A stretch of DNA of 64,000 nt, from the NCBI GenBank assembly GCA_024137785.1, contig JAHRHZ010000066.1, positions 3,758,321 to 3,822,320 on the forward strand. Direction: 5' to 3'. This DNA comes from Ginglymostoma cirratum (lineage: Eukaryota). Of the stretch, positions 61,861 through 64,000 are shown piece after piece. A program made the translations under genes and the position numbers. The notes under the pieces are model-generated. The model was not told the origin of the DNA, searched no databases, and saw only the letters and a program-made list of their open reading frames with translations. How positions within the stretch are numbered: the first letter of the stretch is position 1; each line of letters opens with the position of its first letter.

Positions 61861-63799
61861 TTAGGCTTTTCTGAAGAGTGCAAACATGTTCAATACAGTT
61901 AGGTGAGAAATTCAGAATTTTTATCAAGATCATCTTTTTTCTTGCAGGCAAGTAAGATTCAGCAACATTGTCCTCAAACTGGAAATCTGGAGCAGGAACA
62001 GAAACGTTTAATTTCACAAGTTCTTCAATGTAGGGTCATGTCACCTATTCCACACCAATACACACATTGAAGTCAGATTTTCAAATTCACAATGGGGTTC
62101 TTGAAAGACCATCACTTATTCAAAACCTAACATTTCTTTGTGGCACTCTCCCCGCCAAGATTTGCTGGAGGCTGTGAGCCTTATCAAAATTTCTGAGAAG
62201 CCAAATATTCCTCCAGCTGACAGGACAGGAAATTGGATCCAGAGCCTTGACTTTAAATTGACCATCAGTAGGGGACCCACAAAAATATTTAACGTGGCTG
62301 ACCTCTATAAATCTGGTCCTTTGTGTTGGTGAGCTATCCACACCTTCGCGCTAAAAGCAGAAACTGCTGGAGAAGCTCATCGGGTCAGGCAATAATAAAA
62401 TTAATGTTTCCAATTCCAATGACTCTTCTTCAGAAATAAAGAGGGCAGGACATATTCTGTTGACAAATCGGGAGGAGGAGTAAGTGGATCAGATGGAAAG
62501 GATGTTGAGAGGAAATGAAAAATCCAGTGCTAATGGTTGTAGAGGTGCTAATGATAAGTGTGAATAATTGAAAATAGTTTGGCAGGCCATGCTCATTCAA
62601 GTCCTTTGTAGTTGGCCAGATATTGCAAATACAGGGGAGTGACAAATCTTACATTTAATACAGAGGAGTTCAGTTGCATAGGTGTGACATTTTATGGTTC
62701 AAAACAAGATCATAAAATAGTTAAGAATGATGAAGTGACTTGGTCTATCTCAATTCAACCATCCAAAAAGCTGCAAATGTACCCCTGCCCCATTGCATTT
62801 AAACCTTCAATTGTTTTCTAAAATATATGGGAGTTTATACTTCCACTACTCCATCAGTTATGGAAGATATCGCTATGAACCACCGACCAGCAAAGTTATA
62901 TGAATTTTCATCAGGGTTGCTGCAAAGTTTATGTTCTCTCTCCTTTAGGTTCTTGTTAAGAATAACTACTGCTTTCAAATTCACGTGTCAGGGCTAGCAG
63001 CAGTTACACTCAAGGCTGAAATTTGCAGTGGGCACCATGGCAGTGGCCCCTTTAATCACAGGAGAGGTTTCAAGTCAGATTCCTGACAGCAAGTGGAACT
63101 ACCCCAATTAATCTGGAAGGTGGAAAAGACCGACGCGGGACTCCTGTCCACTCTTGGCAGGATGCTGATTAGGTCCATTAATAAGCAAGTAACACTCATT
63201 ATTCTTGATGCCAGCACAATTGATACCAGCCCTTGCAAGATCACCCAGTTTGTAGCAACCACTTGGGATGGGCCTGGGTTTGTTTGTCAGGCATTTGGTG
63301 CTTGATTAGGGACCTGGCATTGAAAAACGAGTTTCCACTTAAGCCACTTCTTTGTCTTTCTCTCTCACAACACTGAAGTACTTAACCTGCAAGCTTTACC
63401 CTGTGACTCTAGCTTCGACCTTACTTCCCTTTGGGGACCCAAAATGTCCCTGGACTTCTAGTGCATTCAGTGCCCCAATAACCACTGTTCCCCTGGCACT
63501 GGTGATCAAGAGCAACTACTGGCCCTGGACAGAGCGACAGCATGTGGGACTTTTGCTCCCAGGGATCTTAATGGCTAGGAGATCAAACCTGCTCACTTTA
63601 TTGTGTGAAGGACACTTGATTTTGTTGGGCAGCCCTGAGAAAATTGATAGGACTTTCTTGATAGTTCTCTGGTGAGTGGGTGTGATACCTGTGGGCCCCA
63701 AAATAATCCAGCTCATAGATTTTACGGGAATCCCAGAAATACTGAAGCTGAAAACTATTAACACCCAGAAAATATTTACATGAGAGTGCTGACACCATA

Positions 63800-64000
63800 G
63801 ACTTGAAAAGAAAAGCCTAGGATGGATGCACAAAGGCAGCAGACACATGGGAACCCCATCACCTGCAGGAACCTCTCCAAGGCACTCACCATCCTGACTT
63901 GGAAATATATTACCATTCCTTCACTGTGACTGGGTCAAAATCCTGAAATCCCTCCCTGAGGGCATTGTAGGTCAGCCTGCAGCACATGGAACACAGGAAT
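63800..64000 (+). mobile_element. LINE 3' region running off the window end
   Basis: caccatcctgacttggaaatatat...ctgggtcaaaatcctgaaatccctccctga (WNSLP-like), the same family as 25805-25980. Confidence 0.7.

Overview
AT-rich, repeat-dense vertebrate genomic DNA. The CR1/HER1-type LINEs, HE1-like tRNA-SINEs and Penelope-derived elements point to an elasmobranch (shark); this is inferred from the repeats. The only host coding sequence I can support is the first coding exon of an AUTS2-family gene (AUTS2/FBRS/FBRSL1) on the minus strand at 34904-35173. It ends in a phase-0 GTAAGG donor, so positions 1-34903 are the start of a very large intron 1. A CpG-rich, GA-rich and poly-G promoter/leader region lies at about 35200-37300. 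Nearly all other listed ORFs are LINE debris or noise. The most notable hidden signal is a dozen or more short (about 110-240 bp) insertions, several with 7-15 bp target-site duplications and often palindromic. They carry minimal hammerhead-ribozyme cores (CUGANGA...GAAAC-GUH with palindromic ACGU helix III) and fall into at least four sequence families with covarying stems, i.e. non-autonomous Penelope-like/retrozyme-type elements, one family very young. Other findings are a recent ~510-bp inverted duplication in intron 1 with template-switch scars, an exact 34-bp dispersed duplication, a degenerate ~31-bp tandem array, and Harbinger-type Myb/SANT and transposase remnants.
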